A DNA stretch of 64,000 nucleotides from Basidiobolus meristosporus CBS 931.73. Lineage: Eukaryota; Fungi; Basidiobolomycota. Positions 37,636 through 51,480 of the stretch are shown here, piece after piece (position 1 is the stretch's first letter; each line of letters opens with the position of its first letter). The notes under the pieces were generated by a model. That model was not told where the DNA came from. It ran no database searches and was given only the letters and a program-made list of their open reading frames with translations. The stretch spans positions 1 to 64,000 of the forward strand of contig MCFE01000072.1 in the NCBI GenBank assembly GCA_002104905.1, in the 5' to 3' direction. The position numbers and the translations under genes are program-made.

Positions 37636-38767
37636 TATTGTAAATTTTGTATTTACACCTAACTACTAGTGTTAACTTGGTCACTTTAGTCCTTTTATAT
37701 CAGCTCTGTCACTTCCAACCCAGGTTCCATGTTGGGATCTACTTAAAATGATTTCACCATAATATCAGATACCCAGAACATGAAAATTGGTGAAATTGTC
37801 CAAAAAACCCTAAGCTTTGCGCATATGCTCTTGAGTCCTTTCTAAACACATTCTATATATTTTAAATGTTGTGAGAGTCTGGGAGATACTGGAAGTGATT
37901 GGAAGAGTAAGTAGCTTATGTGGTTTTCACTTAATGATTTATTGAATGTAAAAGTAGTATTTATACTAGGCAAAACAAACATGTAGAATATGCTTAGAAA
38001 GGTCCCAAGAGCATGTATGCAAAGATTAGGGCTACTTGGACAACTTATCAAAATTTCATGCTCTGGGTACCTGAATTCTGTTGTAAACTTTGTAAATACA
38101 CCTAAATATTCACTTGACCTAGGTATATCATATTATATTATAAATCTTCAAATCTTAGAGAATTCTGACCAAATTGCTTGTTGGATTGACTTGAAATATT
38201 TCACCTAAATAACAGGTACCCAGGACACGAAATTTTAATAATATCCTGTAAAAGAATGAATACTACTCTTACATTCAATAAATCATTGAGTGAAAACCAT
38301 ATAATCTACTTATTCTCCCAATCACTTCCAATATCTCCGGAGCTCTTACAACAATATCATGATGAGAAATTCCTAGTAAATGCTAAAGGTTGTATACTAG
38401 GATCAAGGTGGTTTGATTTATTGTAAAAACTTGTAATTCCACCTAATAATTCACCGAAGTTAGTCACTTAGAATACTTTCACCAAAACATCAGGTACTCA
38501 GAACATGAAAATCTTACAAGTATATCCCAACAAGGAATTTGGTCAGTACTCACTAAGGTTTGTAAATAATGATCTAAATTGCCCAATTTGTCCCAAACTC
38601 TTCACACAAGTTTTTGAGACCTTCCTGAACATATTCTATGTGTTTGTTTTGCCAAGACCATGTAAGGGTATAAATACCACTTTTACATTCAATAAATCAT
38701 TAGGTGAAAGCCACATAGTCTATTTGTTCTCCCAATCACTACCAATATCCCCAATACTCTTACAACA
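37636..38767. mobile_element. Cluster of at least four LTR fragments of the copia family in both orientations
   Basis: Plus-strand fragments at about 37636-37858, 38213-38353 and 38420-38767 (the last two end ctcttacaaca). A minus-strand fragment begins tgttg at 37867. All share ttctcccaatcacttccaatatc-like cores with 3431-3798 and 45004-45372. Confidence 0.85.
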
Positions 38768-39008
38768 TGGCCAATACTAATAGTGGGGTGTAAATATGAA
38801 CAGTGTTAAATCCTAATTGATCAATAATCCAGTGCAATACCTATTGCTTACCATACAAGTTGAATTACCATCATTATAATATTGAATATATATTGGTATA
38901 CATGGTATCTGTACTGAATATTTGCAGAGTAGTGAAGCGCCAAATCTCATTGAATACATGTACATCAAAGCATACCGCAATTAACCCTAAGAAAAAAAAT
39001 AGCAAAGG

Positions 39009-39305
39009 CCAGCAGAATACCATCATAATATCATCTGAGTTCCAACTTTCCCAAAAGTGAAAACTATTAATATCTCAGGTACTAGCTTCACAGCAGACAA
39101 GCAGACATACTTTCCTGGGGGAGACTAGGCCAACTAGCATTCATGCCAAATATGGTAATCAACTGCGTATTGCTTTTGCCAAAAATTGCAACTGAAAATT
39201 TAATGCAGAAACACCAGCGGAATACCAGCAAAATACCATCATAATACCAGCTGAATACCAGCTAAAAATACAACAAATTCCAACTTTGAGATTTCTCATA
39301 GGGTA
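39009..39305. repeat. Short aataccagc/aataccatc repeat array, possibly a DNA-transposon subterminal remnant
   Basis: Repeated aataccagc units at 39213-39265 and a partial duplicate at 39009-39049, each followed by ttccaacttt. Confidence 0.45.
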
Positions 39306-41765
39306 AATTCCGCACTTCAATTGATATCCTTTTGGAGTGTATGCCTTCTGATGTTTAGTCCGAGATTTCTAACGATCATTAGATGAATCGATGATTAATT
39401 GATCACATTTTCGGGCAATGTTTTAGGATTGAATCTAGATCTAGATTGGTGGAATTAAATCCTTTCACCACTAGCATATTCAGAAAAGTTGTCTAAGCAA
39501 ATCCCAAGTCTCCGACACTTATATCAAAGGCTTCCTACAACATTTGCTTAAATGACACTTTGTTGACACAGGCGATTTCTAAGTTCCTATTCTATGAGAC
39601 GCGCAAACGAAATTGAATAAAAGTTGCCGACCTTGATAAACATGAGCCATTCTAAAGGGCACACTATATATTCAACTTGTTTTTCCTCAAATTATCCAGG
39701 TAAATGGCGTATTGGTGTAGTGGTCAAGTCAATAATCAATGAATAATCCTTCAGCAGCATTAAAATGTATAGAAATTTGCAACTCCAAGAATTGATTTGT
39801 AACTGATGAATACAAGGGACGTCACAAGCTGAGTAACAATACCTCCACTCTTTTAGTCCCTCATTAGGGGATTGTAGATACTGAGAAGTTTTCATTCGAG
39901 CGTAGTGTGTGACAGTTCTTCCCCTCCTTCCAGATTCATTATAGCATACAGAGGCAGAGCTAAGATAATTGGCTTCCTAACATTCAATAGCAATCGATTG
40001 CATATGGATTGATTAAGGTATTTGACGGATGTTCACATCCAGTATCTTGTGTTTATTGGCATGTGAATCTATAGATTATTACGCTCACGCCATGTAATCG
40101 TTGATTATGACAGTTAGATATGGTCAGAAGCTAGGACTAGGGCATGTCGTTGGGACTCTTAGCGTCTCATCCGCTTATTAGATAGTGAGTGTGATGAAAA
40201 AAATCGGAGATGCAATCGATAATATTATAAAAATGGCAGCAATCTAGGCAAGGAATAGCCATGACACTATATCTACAGGCCATGTGAACCCGTAGCATAT
40301 CCAAAACATAGAAAAATGCTACCTTTCCAAGTCATGAGATCTCTAAAAACGATAGTGTGGAATCTGGATAGCAAATCGCATGGTTGACTGATGAATCGGG
40401 AACAACGATGGCAACAGCGATATAGTCACAGTATCGCATCATTTCTCTATACAGGGAACATCTAATGGAGCGTATTCTATATATTCCACTAGACAGAATC
40501 ACTCTGGAACCAGTCGTACATTTATCCCGGTGGTTGATAATCATTGTTACCTCACATGACCAGGTGATACATACGTTTGAAAAAATTCCCTAATTTGGCG
40601 GTCTTAGCGATATGACCATTTGAACCCGACTGTCACCAGGTTTTATCCCAATCAAGAGTAAGGAAGTTGGGAGTATTCACGACTGTGGGAACCGTTGTTC
40701 TATTCGGATTCTGTACATAGTTGTGCAATACCAGAACCCACACAGTCAAGTCCAGCTAAATCTCGGCTGATGAAAATGCCCAAAGGCCCAAATACCCAAA
40801 TCCGTTTTGGTTAATCTGTGTTTGACCTTGTAACTTTATTAATAAGAAGCTATATCATAAACGTAATAATTAAACTATGTTCGGCTCTACCGTCACAACG
40901 CTTAATGGCCATAGATGGCAGCGTATATAGATTAATTCAGCATGATTTTATTGATCATATTAGGAACTCGCAACCAACAAATCACACGCGAGAAGAGTGA
41001 ATCGACTGGGCGATTGGGTCAAGTGACAGGGTGCAGGCATTTTCGGGTTGCCGGAATCCTGCGTGAGAAGGCTAATTTTGGCAATGGTGATGTATGATAC
41101 ACTTCGACTGGCCCCATGGATTAGAGTATAATACAAAAAAGCTCAAATTAGGGGGAAGTTTCTATTCTCCATTTTGGAGAAAACCACTTATTACAGCTGA
41201 ACCTTGGATTGCTCGAAATGGGAATTTTTCATCGATATCGGTGAAGCATGGCAATATCAAATTGCGGGAGTTCTGGCTATTTCTGTACCACCAACCACTT
41301 TCTGCTTTGACAGTTTTTCCACGGTCGCTCATTTTTTTGCCAGCTGGCAGGATTGTTTGCTGGTTGTATGGGAAAATTCTTCTTTTAAGCGTCGCTCTGA
41401 AACTCATGGTTTGCTAAGGCTGATAACGTCAGTAGAAGTCTCCATTATGCATAGAAGCAGTCGAGTCTTTTCCATGTTTATCAGCTTTTACCGTTTTGGC
41501 TTATCACCTGCGGTGGATGGAGTAGAGTGCCATAGGGATACGGATAGTTGACGAGTGAGTCAGAAAGAATTAATTCCATTTATGGCCAACGAATGTGCGA
41601 TCTGATGATTAGCCTAATCCAAGCAAATTTAGAGTTACACAAAAACTGCCCCATGATCACCAATTCATTAGTATAAAGCTGAGGGGATGCACGTTTCGTA
41701 GTTTCAGAAACCATCTCTCTCTCCTCCTTTACGGCCAATCACCGTAACCTCATTCATACACCACC

Positions 41766-43477
41766 ATGTCGACGAAGGACGAAAAAATCGGAAATCGCGA
41801 AGTCTGCCACGAAGAGGAGCTGGCTCAATCTCATGCTGGTCAAGACATCCAAGGATTACGCCGAGTAGCCGACAGAATTCCAATTGCTGCTTGGTTCATC
41901 ATCATCAGTACGTATACCATGCCGCCATATCTTTCCCGGCCAATGATATTAACCAGTTGATTGTAGACGAGTTCTGTGAGCGTTTTGCTTACTACGGAGG
42001 ATCCGCTCCTTTCACAAACTATGTTCAATTTCCTGCCGGTGACCCTAACCAGGCTGGTGCTTTGAACAAAGGCCAATCCGTGTCCACCGCTTTGAAACAA
42101 TTCTTCACATTCTTCTGCTACCTAACTCCATTGATCGGTGCCGTGATCTCCGATCAATACCTTGGAAAGTACAAGACCATCCTCATCTTCTCCATCGTCT
42201 ACATGATTGGTTGGCTCATTGTCACAGTAACTGCCATTCCTTCAATCCTGGATACTGCTGGTTATCCCGGTTACATTGTATCCTTGATTGTGATCGGTTT
42301 GGGTACTGGTGGTATCAAGCCCTTGGTCTCCCCCATGGCCGCTGATCAATACACACAGAAGCAATTGGAAGTCCGAGTCATCAAGGGCGAGCGTGTTGTT
42401 GTAGACCCTGAGCTCAACACCCAGCATTTGTATAACTGGTTCTACTGGGCCATCAATGTTGGTTCCCTTATCGGTGGAATTGTCACCCCCCAACTGGAGC
42501 ACTACGTTGGCTTCTGGCTTTCCTACCTTGTTCCCACCTGCATGTTTGCCGTGGCCATCTTCGTGTTTGTCTGCGGTAACAAGCTCTACAACAAGGTCCC
42601 ACCAAGTGGGGAATCCACCCTAGTCAAGGGTTACCGCTGCTACAAGTACGCACACAAGCGCGCCAAAAAGGCCGATGTGAAGCCCAAGGCCGTCTTGGAT
42701 GCTGCCAAGAGCGAGTGCGAAGGAATCCCCGCCGAAACCGAGGAGGAGAGATCAATGAAGCGCTGGGATGATCGCTTCGTCGATGACTTGAAGCAAACAA
42801 TCATGGCCTGCAAGATTTTCATTCCCATGACCATCTACTGGGTTGCCTACAACCAAATCACCTCGAACTTGATCTCCCAAGCTGCTGATATGGAGCTCCC
42901 TCCTGGTATCCCCAACGATATCATCACCAACATCGATCCCATTGCTTTGGTCATCTTCCTTCCTTGCATGGATATCTTTGTGTATCCTTTCTTGAGAAAG
43001 CTCAACATGAATCCCCGCCCCATGACTCGTATCTTCATGGGCTTCATGCTCGGTGCGTTCGCCATGGCTGCATCGGCAATTGTTCAGAATGAGATCTACA
43101 GACGCCGCGATAACGGCTTACCTCTTCTCAACGTGTGGTGGCAAATCCCTGCCTACGTATTCATTGCTCTGTCGGAGATTTTCGCCAGTGTTACATCCCT
43201 CGAATACTCGTATACCCATGCTCCCGACTCTCTCAAGGGAATGGTCTCCGCAATGGCGCTGCTGCCCAACGCCTTTGCTGCTCTGATTGGTATCTTCCTC
43301 TCACCCGTCTCCAAGGACCCATACCTGACTTGGATGTACACCGGTATCGCCATCGCATGTTTCATCGTTGGCATTCTCTTCTGGTACTTCTTCAAGCACT
43401 ACGATCGTCTTGATGACGAGATCAAGCGCAAGAGAATGGAAGAGGAGAGTCAGTACGTGAAGGATTCATCCTTCTAA
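41766..43477 (+). CDS. PTR2: POT/PTR-family di/tripeptide transporter, second paralogue, one intron
   Basis: Same motifs as 25583-27217 (EFCERFAYYG, GTGGIKP, EYSYTHAP). A GT-AG intron at about 41910-41967 splits the II-N-EF segment. Confidence 0.95.
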
Positions 43478-45003
43478 GCATTTCATCGAGCATGTAACAT
43501 TCCCAACTCATTATCCACCGCATCCCTTATAGTACATATTCCAATCCACCATACTATTCCTATCCGCACTGAATTAATAAATCTAATTCCCGCCAAATTG
43601 ATTTGGACTTTTTTGTATCACCACCTGTCTTCCGGATAAATGAGCTGGGGATACAGTCGGTGATTTGCTGTCGAGCGAGCTATTTAAATTTGTTGGAACC
43701 GGCGTACACGAATGCGATTCCGGAGGATTAGTATGGTATCGAGAAGGAGTTGGCCCCGACATATTCCGTAGGCTGGTGCTACATCAGTCTCCATGTTCTG
43801 TCAGGACAATCCGATCGGTGACTTGTGCAACTTACTGGCGATCATGTTTATCAAACCCATACAGGTTCATAAATCCGCAAACTTCTACAAGATATGGCAT
43901 TTAACTCTCAGTGGGTACATGTGCAGTAGGTGAGTTTTTAAGCAGATGTTAAATAGAGTTATCCAAGCGGGTTTTTCTTGAAGAGCGTGGATAGTACTGC
44001 TGGAAGGGTATCGTCTAAATTTCGATTTATTCAGCCAGAGTTTTGGCACAATTATATATAGCGAAGTTTGCTCATGATTATTCAAATGCCGTATCATATC
44101 TGGCAGAGTTGATGGAAATTAGTGGGGATCGAGAGTTCCTCATCTGAGACATACTCTCTGTAATTCGGAAATCCCACAAAATCATTCGATAGCTCGCCCA
44201 CATCCTTGGTATAAAGTTTGGCCAACCTCACCTGAAGGGTGTGTTTCGAAGCGTCCTAATAGGATGCGGGTCTGGCAATTTTTACCAACTTTGACAATAT
44301 TATCACTATCGGAAATTTCTGAATTGGATTATTTGATGGTATTCATACTTTTTCAATGCAGTGTTGGGACGATCTTCCACCCATAGTTATTTAGCTAGTA
44401 GTTAGGCTTCATACTTTACCCAGGAACTGTGCATATGATGGCCTACACATTGCATGTAGTATATTATATATTAGACATGGTCCCCTAATCCTCATTTTTT
44501 GAGAAGTTGTAAGTTTTATCCAAGTTGTATTTCTTCTGACTTCCATATGGCATTCTGACGGATTCCAAAAAAAATCTGATTGGGATTATATCCCTAATGA
44601 GAACATCAGAGTTGGATTTCTCTTGGATCTTTTGATGGTATTTATACCTTTATGCCTCAGGGTTTTGAATGTGTTTCATCCCATGTACAATCAAATGCTT
44701 GGGATTTGTCATCTCTTGCCAGATGGCTACTATATAGGAGGATCTGCATGTGGCATATGGTGGTATGCTCAAATAGCCATCTACCCATATTTTTTGAAGT
44801 TGCATTTCAAGTGCAGATTGAATTTTTACTGATTTTCATATGCCATTAGAAGGAACTCATTAGTGATTCTTGATAGTGTATCCCTTCCTCTAATGGCTCT
44901 CTTCCAATATACCATTCAAAAGTACTAAATATAACTATAATTCCTCTGCGAGAGTCTTGGTGTTATTAAAGTGGTTGAGAGAATAGATGGTATATGTAGA
45001 TTT

Positions 45004-45372
45004 TGTTGTAATTTCTTGAATATTGGTTATAAATTTTGTAATTACACCTAAATATTCAGCTAACTTAGTCAGAATTCTCTAAGATTTATAGACAATGATC
45101 TAAGGGACTAAGTTCCTTGTCGGGGTTTACTTGGAATATTTTCACCAAAATATCAGGTACCCAGAGCATTGGAAATCTCAAGGTTGTCCAAACAGCCCCA
45201 AACTTTGCACGTATGCTCTTTGGACCTCCCTAAACATATTCTACGTGTTTGTTTTGCCAAGACCCTGTAAAAGTATAAATACTACTTTTACATTCAATAA
45301 ATCATTAGGTGAAAACTACATGATCTAAATGTTCTCCCAATCACTTCCAATATCACCAAAACTCTTACAACA
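45004..45372 (+). mobile_element. Solo LTR (369 bp) of the copia family
   Basis: TGTTG...CAACA termini. Colinear with 3431-3798. No matching 5-bp target-site duplication visible. Confidence 0.88.
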
Positions 45373-46096
45373 AACTCCGTATGAGCTCTGCAAGCATAGT
45401 AACAGAAATTCTTAGTAAAAGGTTGCAATTACTTACAACAAAAGGTTCATATAGCTTCCAGAAATACTCGATTCTCGTATTGGAAACCTGGAGTAGCAAT
45501 TATTTGTACTGTGCTAATTGCTGACTTCAGATTTTGTAAGATATAAGATAATTCTCTTGACTAGCGAGGCCCTAGAGGTTCTCAGAATTTCTCAACTTAT
45601 ATACATACGAATTCTTGGAGATATTCAAGTCGTGAAATTACTAAAGTTTTCGAATTTTGCACACAGTTCTCTGGGCTTTGAAACAAGATTATAATAGCTT
45701 CTTCAAGGTTCCACTTGAAGCATAAATACTATATATTAAACATACCCACTTTCACAACCCTCAGTAACGCAATGTATTCTTCATAGCTGGTGAGAAAATC
45801 GGTGGTCAGGTTGAACTTTTTGCATACAATTCAGATATATAAAACTCCTTTGTTTTGACAATCCCAAGCACAAAACCATGGTATGTATATACTAGGTGTA
45901 GTGCCAATTATAGCATTTCGCCTTGACGCATAGCGATGGAACTTTTCAGGTAAATCGAGATCCGTTTATTAAAAGGAGTTTCTAAGAACTAGAGATTGAT
46001 AAAGAGCAACAAAAGAAATACACCGAATGGGGTAAATGAGGGTTCACCAGACGAGATGGTGATATTAGGATAGTGAGGGGGGAGGGGGGGGTTCCA

Positions 46097-49000
46097 TTAA
46101 TTGAAATATCTAGGCTCATTAAACACATGGTACCTGTGGTTACGAACACCCTCACCGTAAAATTGTTGTGGATAACGTTGACCGGCCGGAACCTCGGACT
46201 CGGGGATTCTCTTGTAGTTATCCTTGGGCAGATCCGCCTCGTCAACAATCTGGAACTTTCCGGATTGGATTTCGGTATCGGTGATGCCACCATGGGAGAT
46301 TCTGGCGTAACCAACACGCTTGACTCCACGGAATGCGATGTACTCGCACCATCTATCATCGTCGGTAGGGTCGATATCGTTCACGTTGCCATCTTCCATC
46401 AGAATATGGTAGTTTCCGACGTGAGGGGTGGTCACCACATATCCCAAGAACACGAAGGGATTGGGGGACTCCCGCATGATTCTGGCGATCTCGGTGGTTT
46501 GCAATTTACGATCAAGTGGATCCTCTTCTTGGCCATTGTGAGATACAATCACATCCACGTGCTTACCATACACATCCAATGTGGCATGAATGGCACAAGC
46601 GAGCTCTCCAACGGGGGATGGCAACAAATGATGGGTGGAGTTCACGATGGGGAACTTGGAAAGCATGGTGCATCCCCAGGTATGTCCGGTAGGTCCTGGT
46701 CCGTAATCAGCGTACATGTTTAACTCTTCAGCCAAGGACTGAGTTAAATCACGGTTACCCATGATGATACGTTGAGTGTCGGATTCAAGCAGGCCGATCA
46801 CATCCAACTCAAGTTCGCGAATGGCATCGCGCATTCTCACTTCACTGGCCCACATATCGTTGTCAAGAGCAAAATGAATGGTCCAGATACCAGCGGTCAT
46901 GATCTTCTCCTCAGAATGGTAAGGTTGGGGCTTTTCCAAAGGAATACGGGAGATGTAGGTGAAGATACCGGCAATGACCAAACCGATCAATTTCCAGTTG
47001 ACAAGTCTCTGGCGAGATTTGTACACGGGAGAGCTTGACTTCTTGTTGTATTTCTCGTCAACAGGAGGCAGACTCTTGAGGCCGACACCGATAAGCCCCA
47101 TCATAACGAAGAGAATGATATGAGTGGCTTCACGGAGGTATGGTCCTCCAGGAACAAAGGCATAGGCAACAACCCAGACATGCATAAGATCCAGAATGTT
47201 ATAGGTGAGCATGGACACAAACACGGTACGGCCAATTGGACAGACGCTAATGGAACGAATGAAGCTGGGGAAAATAGACATGGTGTAAACGGCAAAGCAT
47301 AAGCCAGCAATGAATCCGGGGGTTTCCGAAATGTAGTACAATCCCAAGACAGAACTGGTACCAAATGCCCACCAAGCATAGCTGGTGACAAATGCGCGAC
47401 GAGAAAGAACGTATCCGATAGCCAGAGCAGCAATCACCAAAGCTCCCCATGGGACGGGTGCGGGTTGATGATGAGAATATCCACGGGCAATCCAACGGGA
47501 AATAATGGCCGAGTCGGACAACATACTATGAAGAATGAAGAAAATGGCACCCAAACCGACGGACACTCCACTCCAGCAAACATTGGGGTTAGCATTCACG
47601 GGTTGTTTCTGGGCACGCTGCTTGGTGGCGAAATCTCTGGCAATAAGTGCAATGCAAGCTAATACTCCAATGAAAATACCTGTGGCATTTGCACCGCCAT
47701 TCTCGAAACGCATAATGGGCCAAATTGGGTTGTTACTCTTCCACATTGCCTTGACGACATTGTGTAAAATAAGACCTAGGGACAATGAAGCAATGTCTCT
47801 ATCCAGGCGACCATTCTTGTCGTACTCCTCGTACCATGTAGCTGCCCAGGTGGTCAAACTAATACCACATCCGATGGCGGCATAGGCGAGTCTGTCAGTT
47901 GGGGTAGGCCATAAGTATGAAGCAACGCCGATCAACGAAATGAGGTGGAAGAATCCTCTGTACGAACGCATAAGATTGCGGACGAAAGAAAAGCCAAGGA
48001 CAACAGGCAGGAGAGTGATGAACAGGAAGGCCTCATATCCAGAAATGCCCATATCCCACAATGGGAAGTACCAGATAAGTAAGGGCAAGGCGGTAAGCAT
48101 TGACCAGAATACGAATCCAAGATAAACATCAGCACTGAAGTAGATCATTTCGGTGAGGCATGCAAATTGGCTGGATACCGCATCCTTCTTGAACTCGCTC
48201 TTCTCTACGGTGCTGTAAGCGCCATCAAAATCTTGCTCGTTGACAGTGTTTGCGTCCAAGATTTGAATATGGAGAGTTTGGAAATCATACATGGATACTG
48301 CATCAAAAGCAACATCGTACATGATGAGAGACCATTCGAAGAATGCATAAATGGTGTAAGCGCCAGGAACCTTATCAACCTTGTGCTTGATGAAATAATG
48401 GATCAAAGGACCCAAGGTGCAAATAAACAAGCCGCAGATAATCTTACGGATTCTCTTTGCCTTCAACGCGACAGTATGGTTGGAGCTGAGCAAGCTGGAG
48501 GAAGAGGCGTAGATGGTTCCGAACATGTAAGGGAAGGTGCACAAAATATAGATAATCATGCCGATGTCATGGATCATATGGTCATCAGAAGATGTAACAT
48601 ATACGAAAACGCCGCAAGACAAGGTACGAACGACACCAATGAAAAGAAGGACCTTCTTGAAAGTTGCAGAAACGCCGTTACGTCTAGCGGTCACGAAATA
48701 CCACAAGAACAAAAGAAGGAATCTGGGTGCTAACCGGAAATTAATTCATGAAAAAGGCTTAAATCCATAGACTCAAAACTGGCTTACTTGCGGTTGCTGC
48801 GATGAAAAGTTGGAAAATAGCTCTGGCGGGATATCTATCTCCAATAGTGGCGCTGACACTAGGGAACCATTCCTTGACATATGTGTTATTTCCCCGGGCC
48901 AAGTAAGTGGACAGAGCTGCTATGCTATTTAGCTTACCTCAGGATAGCCAAAATATTCGTTTTCAACGATCTTGTAGTAATGGGTTTGGCAACCGACCAC

Positions 49001-49276
49001 TAGGGCTACGAGGAACGCGCCTGATACCAAGTGAGTTAATAACGTGTCAAAACAAAGGCTTTTACCCGGAATACATACTATAGGCCAGGATAGTGTGTAA
49101 ATACGAGATGTATTTGCCATTGAACTGTGTTGAAAGCTACGGTTAGGCTTTGGGAAGTAAAAAAAATAAATGAAAATCACACATACACCCCCTATGACGG
49201 TTTGGGAAGCAAGCAAAGCTTCCTTATTCTCTTCAACTGTCAGCGATTCGTGGTGTGCACGTCGCAAAATAGCCAT
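46097..49276 (-). CDS. CWH43: GPI lipid-remodelling protein Cwh43 (Frag1/DRAM/Sfk1 domain plus EEP-like C-terminal domain)
   Basis: [20 protein letters not shown]-like [59 protein letters not shown] and TDTEIQ. Confidence 0.95.
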
Positions 49277-50194
49277 CTTGAAATAGGCCTTCAGAAACCA
49301 GCTTCAGCACAAAATGGCGGGTAAAAGAAGTAAGCGAGGAACGGAACTTGCACCATCTCTTTAAATCAAATCCTGGATCAAAATAACATGGTAACACGTT
49401 TGTGGAACTAGACTTAACACTATGAATTTGGATTTAACATGCAAAAACCCGAAATTATTCCAATCTTCTAATGAAAATCCATCAAAATCTAGGGCTTGGT
49501 GCACCATTTCGGGTCCAGTCCAGATATATCGGTAAAATTAGTTCCCTGAAAGAGTTGCCAGGGTTTCCGAGATTAATCCGTATCTAATGAACGTCAATAA
49601 CATGGTAGACTCGAGCGAGTATAACTTTAAACATAGGCTAACCTAGATTTAGCAAAGGGACTAGTTCTTGTGGCGAGATACGGCTGCCCGGTCCGTTGAA
49701 TGCGCATCAAAACACAGGGCTCAGGGAACTAATCCGATTTGCCAATTTTATTCATTAGATAAGAAACCCCTTACACAACTACTTTGGGTTGAAATTTGCC
49801 TCAAAGCAGGCGACCAATGAAGTGGTGGAAGCCATGAATATAGAGCTTGGAGCATGTTTCTGGATACGAGCGCGGTCAGCACTAGATGCCAAGATGCCTC
49901 TTTAACAACAGGTCCATGATCGTTATTTCCATGGATTTTTCCTCAGTTACAGTATGCAATGATGGCTAATTTGTGGGTGTCTTTGGTTGGGAATTTTCAC
50001 CGATGGACGTTAATTGAGTGTTGCACATAGTGTTACTTTTACCAATATGATATGTCAACTTTGGTATTACCAGATTGCGGAAGCTATACTAGTTCAGCCC
50101 ATTCTGAATTCAACGAATAATACTTTATAACTGATGATGAGTTCTTGGCGGGTGATAAGCGCGACCATCTCTACCAGTTTGATTGAAAACTTAT

Positions 50195-51480
50195 TCAATT
50201 TGATTTAGTACTCTGGAAGAATACCACCACCACGGTGATATCGTCACGAACACTCCTAGCATAAGGCGGCCTGATTCCTAGTCTGTAGGTTATACTCCGC
50301 TGATTGCTTCCACCGAAAGCATTTCGGATAAGATGGGTAGAGGCATTTTCATCACTGAAGCTCCATTTCGAATCATTCAAACAAGGCTCCTGCTCGAGAT
50401 GTGACGCGACAAGTTGCACGATCTGATCATTACTGAGCTCATCGTATAGCCCATCGGAGGCAAGTACAAGAAATCGGTCACTTGAGGTGAGATGGTGATG
50501 TTGGATTTCGGGTAGAGAACTTATATATGGGGGAGATCGATAATGCTCGAGGTTAGCACGTACATCTGGGAAGTATTGACTCGGTATATTTGACTGGATT
50601 TTGGAGTCCCATTTCAGATCGCAATCGCCTAAAGCAAACTGCATGAGAGATAATACTTGCAAAGTGTGTTCATAGTGGCCTTCTTACCAAAAGCTCTCGT
50701 AGGGGCTAAAAGTCCCAAGACTCGGTCGAGGCTAAACAGGGTCTCGGCTTCATTTGGATGTTCCCGATACATGCGCATCTTTTCGTCAACGTTGTGTGCA
50801 GTATGGTCGTTGCTCATGATCTTTGCATGCCATCCCTGCTCGTCGCGTACACCTATAATCGCTCTTGAATCCCCAGTATTAGCGATATATAAGTCGCTAT
50901 TAGGAATATCAACATATGCCAATATAGCACAAGATCCAGATATGGCGGCAGAGAAGTCTTTTCCTGGTTCTGTGGTTGGATTAGAACGTGCTTCAACAAG
51001 CGCCTTGGCGGAGATATCTTTGTCTAACTCAAGAAAACATTCTTGGATTGCATTGGAAACCGAGCAAATCCGCAAAGTCGGAGTTTCAAACGAAGCGTCA
51101 ACCAGAATATCGATTCGCTTCATGATCTGATTTGGTAAAACATCTCGCACAAGCTGTGCACATTCTGGGCCTCCGTGGCCATCGAATACTCCAAATAAAA
51201 GTGCATTTGGGTTTTCAAGATTAAAACAGTGCTGATCCTCGCTAGGGTAATTTGAGGCAATATGGTTGATATCTAGTCGCTTAACAAGTTTGTTATCTAA
51301 AGTCAGTGATACCTCGTTTTGGACTATGAGAGATTGGATCTCCGGCCAGTTAAGGTCGTCATCAATCTCCTGCTCCTCATCAGAAAACACAAAGTTACAA
51401 AGCTCAGGGTATGTGTCAGAAGATACAGAAGTGGGCTTTGAGGCAGTGATGTTTGGGATTGACGCGTTGGCTAATTTCAT
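50195..51480 (-). CDS. PP2C/PPM phosphatase of the pyruvate-dehydrogenase-phosphatase (Ptc5-like) type, one intron
   Basis: ASNYPSED, FGVFDGHGG, SGSCA, ANTGDSRA, NDH, LAPTRAFGD, PPYI, LVLASDGLYD and RDDITV. Confidence 0.88.

Noticed and set aside
39310-41700. Several 60-115 aa ORFs in the long intergenic region upstream of the second PTR2
   Set aside because: No domain motifs, no consistent splice pattern and no codon bias.
44400-45000. CpG-poor stretch next to the solo LTR, possibly the internal part of a retroelement
   Set aside because: No gag, RT or integrase motif is recoverable in any frame.
25689-48733. Long antisense ORFs over PTR2 (25823-26758), CWH43 (46073-46723, 48167-48733) and others
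   Set aside because: They are shadows of codon-biased genes on the opposite strand, with no independent motifs.
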